From positions 156,124 to 198,653 of the forward strand of contig NW_014577066.1 in assembly GCF_000485595.1 (NCBI RefSeq): 42,530 nucleotides of DNA. Reading direction: 5' to 3'. Within the stretch, counting starts at the first letter, position 1, and every line of letters starts with the position of its first letter. Below, in pieces: positions 38,180-42,530 of the stretch. Made by a program: the position numbers and the translations under genes. The notes under the pieces are model-generated. The model searched no databases and was not told the DNA's origin. It worked only from the letters and a program-made list of their open reading frames with translations. This stretch comes from Priapulus caudatus. Lineage: Eukaryota.

Positions 38180-39585
38180 CAAATATAGGCATGACGCGGA
38201 ACCAAGGGCGTGCAGCCCGCCCGGCTCCACTTTAACCGTATAAAAGCCGCCGAAGAAAATCATCTTAGCAGTCAACGGCGACCGACGTCCGAGGCCCAAT
38301 TCCCCATATATAAATATAGGCATAACGCGGAACCAAGAGCGTGATGGTACGAGAAAAGTAAATATTATAGATCGGATGTTACCATGCACACGTGCTGGCA
38401 GACCGCCCGGCTCCAGTTTAACCGTATAAAAACGGCCAAAGAAAATTAGCTTAGCAGTCAATGGCGACCGACGTCCGAGGCCCAATTCCCCATAATGCCT
38501 AAATATAGGCATAACGAGGAACCAAGAGCTGTATAAAAACGGCCGAAGAAAATTTCCTTCGGCCGTTCTTATACGTTCAAACTGGAGCCGGGCTGGCTGA
38601 CAGCACGTGTGCTTAGTAAAATCTAATCTACATGATCACATGCTCGCAGCATCGCGCCACGATTCCCAGCTGTGCTAATTTGGGCTCATGGCGCTCCGAC
38701 GTCGGTCGCGGTTGACTGCCAAGATAATTTTCTTCGGCCGTTCTTATACGTTCAAACTGGAGCCGGGCAGGCTGGCAGAACGTGTGCATGGTAAAATCTA
38801 ACCTACATGCTTCACTTCGCTCGCAGCATCGCGCCACGATTCCCAGCTATTATAATGTATGGGCTCATGGCGCTCCGACGTCGGTCGCCGTTGACTGCCA
38901 AGATCGATTAGTTTTTTCGGCCGTTTTTATACGTTCAAACTGGAGCCGGGCAGGCTGACAGAACGTGTGCATGGTAAAATCTAACCTACATGCTTCACTT
39001 CGCTCGCAGCATCGCACCACGATTCCCAGCTATGCTAATGTATGGGCTAATTGCGCTCCGACGTCGGTCGCTGTTGACTGCCAAGATAATTTTCTTCGGC
39101 CGTTCTTATACGTTCAAACTGGAGCCGGGCAGGCTGGCAGCACGTGTGCATGGTAAAATCTTATCTACATGCTTCACTTCGCTCGCAGCATCGCACCACA
39201 ATTCCCAGCTATGCTAATGTATGGGCTAATGGCGCTAAACGTCGGTTGCCGTTGACTGCCAAGATAATTTCTTCAGCCGTTCTTATACGTTTAAACCGGA
39301 GCCGGGCAGGCTGACAGCACGTGTGCTTGGTAAAATCCGCTCTATAATATTCACCTTGCTCGAAGCATCATGCCCTGGGTTCCCCGCTATGCCGATATTA
39401 ATGTGAGTGCAGATGGCGCTCGTGCGTCGGTCACCGTTGACTGCCAAGAGAATTTTCTTCGGCCGTTCTCCTAACGTTCAAACTAGTCACGGGTGGGCCG
39501 ACGGCACGTGTACACGGTAAAAGCTGATCTACATGCTTTACTTTGCTCGCAGCATTGCGACACGATTCCCAACTATGCAAACTGA
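38180..39585. repeat. Foldback array of the ~180-bp repeat: ~2.5 reverse units then ~5.5 forward units
   Basis: Forward units have GACTGCCAAGA at about 38714, 38893, 39077, 39254 and 39440. Reverse units have TCTTAGCAGTCAA at ~38263 and ~38450. Orientation switches at the hairpin 38538-38567. Confidence 0.9.
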
Positions 39586-39699
39586 CCTTGGCTGCTACTT
39601 CAGGTTGAGAGCTCATATCAGTGAACCCGTACGCATGAATTAATTATCCCACCCACGCCCCCGTCTATATATATACATATCCGTCAACTACCTTGGAAA

Positions 39700-40052
39700 A
39701 CAACAGACAAAAATTAGAGAAAAGAATATGGTTCAAAGTAAAAATATGTACAATTTATATCACATGCCACGGCTTGAGTCACCAACAAGACACTGTGACC
39801 AATGTGCACGATACCACGTTACAATCAAATTCACTAGCTAAGCACGATTGCTCCAGATGATTTTATCAAAACATGACACAATGTCAGAAACATGATTTCA
39901 CACACACCGCCTCAAGTATCTTTTCTTACAAGATCGCAGTCTGCCAATGTGAGCATGCCACACAAATATTCCAAGTTGTCATGACATGTGGCGCCCCCTG
40001 CTGGCTACGGCAGCACAGCGTTCTTGTCGTAGAACCTGTAGGCAGTGAAAGG
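39700..40052 (-). other. SNAPC3: Inverted copy of the SNAPC3 3' end: [15 protein letters not shown] (stop at 40005-40007) followed by probable 3'UTR
   Basis: 39990-40052 is the reverse complement of 42205-42266 and continues into unique sequence. The left boundary is approximate. Confidence 0.75.
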
Positions 40053-40104
40053 AAGGAACCTTCCTCAATGATTTACGCCACCCTGAAGCTAAAGATCTGA
40101 GCAG
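40052..40104 (+). CDS. SNAPC3: SNAPC3 (SNAP50) exon fragment EGTFLNDLRHPEAKDLS, 5'-truncated
   Basis: Resembles the EGTFYNDxRxPExxDLS motif of SNAPC3; donor AG|GTATTT at 40105; no acceptor because it abuts the inverted 3' end. Confidence 0.8.
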
Positions 40105-40784
40105 GTATTTTCATCTGCTGGTTATGGTGCATTGCACATACTTGACAATACGTGTATGTGTGAAGGGAGGGTAGTTGATGAGTTGATCATTGCATGTGGT
40201 ATATTTTTATTATTTTGATTATCAATATATGTATGAATTTTTTTACATAGTCACACATATTCTATTTGAAAGTTGACCGATTATACAAAAATATAATTTA
40301 TTGAGATCGAGATTATTGTTCATTGCTGTTGTTAACATTGTTGAACACTTGGGGTTTCATGGTCATACACATGTTAGCTCAGGTGTGAGCAACTAGTCCA
40401 ATGTAAGTGGAATGATGTGAGTGCACGTATCATTACGACATGTATTTGGTTGGTAACATTTAGTATTGTGAGATTAGACATATTCTGGAAAAAAACTGTT
40501 CTCAAACGTAGGTATGTGTTGTGATTCATGGAAAAAAATTAAAAAACACGATTGTTGATTTGTCTGGTGAAAAGCAATTACGTTAATGCTTACTGATCGT
40601 CTATGTAATTTGCATCGACCGAATTCAAGCATCTTTTCTTGGGTTTCCCCCTCTATACGTACAAGCTGACAGTGTTAATTACACGATGATAGTTAATATG
40701 ATATAATTAACGTTTTTTTGTTATGGTAAGTTATTACTTAATTGTGGCGTTGAATCGTTCACATGTGATTATTTGCTGCTGCAG

Positions 40785-40952
40785 CGTCATTCGGACGTGG
40801 GCAGCGACGAGACCCAATCAGATCGGTGAGATGAGGGAGGCGGCCATGGAGGACACGCAGTTCGCTCGACTTGTCCCTGCGCGTCGGCCTGCCATACCTC
40901 TATGTCCACCAGGGGGACTGTGAGTCATCTCATCGTGTTACACTGACATTAG
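40785..40952 (+). CDS. SNAPC3: SNAPC3 exon with the HQGDCEH motif (three apparent 1-bp insertions)
   Basis: CTGCAG acceptor and AG|GTTAGA donor. Across frameshifts it reads (S)VIRTWAATRPNQIGEMREAAMEDTQF-DLSLRVGLPYLYVHQGDCE-HLIV-TDIR, matching the MEDxxFxDLxxxLGxPYLYxHQGDCEH..TDIR signature. Confidence 0.9.
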
Positions 40953-41618
40953 GTTAGAGAGCAACAGCGCCCCCTACTATTGGCCCCTCTTAGTACTGCA
41001 ATAGCTTTGTGACTTTACAGAGCAGATGGTCAAGCCTCTATCGTCAAAACAATTTTAGCAACCACCCTCTATAGAACGTACATCTATCTATAACGGACAC
41101 ATTGTGGCAGTAGTTATACTGTGAAATCGTCTCTATTACAATGGCCACCTAAATTTATAAGGTCACTTTAGGTTTCCGCTTGAGGAAGCTTTATGTACAG
41201 GTTCAACTGTAATTATGTTGATCATGTTCTGAAATGATCAAAATTACGACTTAACTTTACATGTAGGTAAGTGTCTGCAAAAATACTGTCAAATATGGTC
41301 AACATTCTTAAATAGCTCCCTAAGAGTATATTATGCACAAAACCAATGCAGAATACAATGCAGTTATTAGATAAGTAAATTCAGTCGTATTTAATTCGAG
41401 TGCAATGGAGATACATTTCCAGCAGCATATATTTTTTTTATCTCAAATCAGCATTGTCTCTAATGCGTGTTTCTTGTGTTGTAATTTGTGTAACGCATTT
41501 TGAAGTGTAGACAAACCTCATATTACCACAATAAATTGGCAACATGGAACGAAAATGAGAGAGGTGATTGGAATTAGCCGTAGCAGGGGCTACAAGAGAA
41601 TTTCTGGCACTGTTTTAG

Positions 41619-41730
41619 GTGATGATGATATTGAGGATTCGTCTGACGTCAGTAAATACCCTATTGTTAGCAGCAACGTGAGCGCAAGAAGAAAACCGTG
41701 TGCATCGTAATGCCTGCTGTACAACGCGAG
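41619..41730 (+). CDS. SNAPC3: SNAPC3 penultimate exon (with indels)
   Basis: TTTTAG acceptor and AG|GTATGT donor. Reads EDSSDVSKYPIV...KKTVCIV-CLLYNAR (CxxC...Y.AR), at the expected position. Confidence 0.75.
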
Positions 41731-42100
41731 GTATGTCTGCTGAGTCTTTGTTTCTCGTATCTGTAGCAGTTCTTCTGAGGAGCCGACTGTTAAACTAGCT
41801 TGAAAGGGGGACATATTCATCGTATTTGCTGGCGTCATAGTAGAGTGTAGTAATCCTGTACATATATGAGCCCATTCAGTAGGATACCAGAAAAAGTGAA
41901 AAATAGGAAGCGCGACAATTATCGCACGACGTCGAAAAGCGACAAGATATTTGGAAATTGTCTTGCCGACACTCACCCCGCCGATCTCGCCCTGTTTACA
42001 GCCATGTTCTAGAGGGGCTGCAGTGCTGCGCGAGTGGCCTAATGAGAATGAGGTAGAATCGTGGCGGTGTGGCCTGACACGTGAGTGATGTTTGTTACAG

Positions 42101-42251
42101 GTGGTGGACGTACGACGACTGTCTGTGCTCTCGCAGAGTCGGCATTCTTCTGCGACGCCTGCTTCCGTGAGCTCACTACGACAGCAGCGGCACCAAAGCT
42201 CGGGCCTTTCACTGCCTACAGTTCTACGACAAGAACGCCGTGCTGCCGTAG
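42101..42251 (+). CDS. SNAPC3: SNAPC3 terminal exon (with indels)
   Basis: TTACAG acceptor. Reads (R)WWTYDD...[34 protein letters not shown], matching the FFCDxCFRxLHYDxxGxKLG zinc-finger C-terminus of SNAP50. Confidence 0.9.
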
Positions 42252-42530
42252 CCAGCAGGGGGCGCCGTTTCACTGCCTACAGGTTCTACGACAAGAACGC
42301 CGTGCTGCCGTAGCCAGCAGGGGGCGCCGTTTCACTGCCTACAGGTTCTACGACAAGAACGTCTGCTGCCGTATGCCAAGCAGGGGGGCAGCCGTTTCAC
42401 TGCCTACAGTTCTACGACAAGAAGACGCCGTGCTGACCGTAAGCCAGCAAGGGGGCGCGCGTTTCACGCCTACAGGTTCTACGACAAAGAACGTCGTGCT
42501 GGTAGCCAGCAGGGGGGCGCCTTTTCAACT
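42207..42530 (+). repeat. ~62-bp tandem repeat (at least 5 units) spanning the SNAPC3 stop codon and a CTCF-type motif
   Basis: TTTCACTGCCTACAGGTTCTACGACAAGAACGCCGTGCTGCCGTAGCCAGCAGGGGGCGCCG starts at 42207, 42268, 42330, ~42396 and ~42462. Confidence 0.93.

Noticed and set aside
38628..39616. 60-75-aa ORFs in the 180-bp array
   Set aside because: Unit lengths vary (177-186 bp), frames are not preserved, and there is no protein signature.
41017..41210. Tc1/pogo-like MITE ending AGGTTCAACTGTA
   Set aside because: Only one convincing terminus; the left TIR is too degraded.
41590..42273. 227-aa minus-strand ORF
   Set aside because: Antisense shadow of SNAPC3 exons and intron, with no independent coding signature.

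Overview
Eukaryotic (bilaterian invertebrate-type) genomic DNA from a draft assembly, with N gaps and several insertion-rich stretches that look like uncorrected long-read gap fill. The species cannot be fixed from the sequence. Left end: the last two exons of hnRNP K (KH3 exon 379-548; terminal exon from 2619, stop at 2664). The last intron carries a perfect miR-7 hairpin (mature 2151-2174), and the host 3'UTR holds two miR-7 seed sites (2693-2700 and 3564-3570). The middle is mostly repeats: micro/minisatellites, a PIF/Harbinger MITE, a second TIR MITE, a Helitron, a long-TIR element with an internal ~125-bp tandem array (two tandem copies plus an inverted fragment), and a ~180-bp repeat family arranged as foldbacks. 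A noisy, unidentified 4-exon gene candidate lies at 29673-31900. Right end: the last four exons of SNAPC3 (SNAP50) with 1-bp indels. The first of these exons is truncated and fused to an inverted copy of the gene's own 3' end, and the 62 bp around the stop codon, which include a perfect CTCF-type motif, are tandemly amplified. Most ORFs in the supplied track are microsatellite or gap artefacts.
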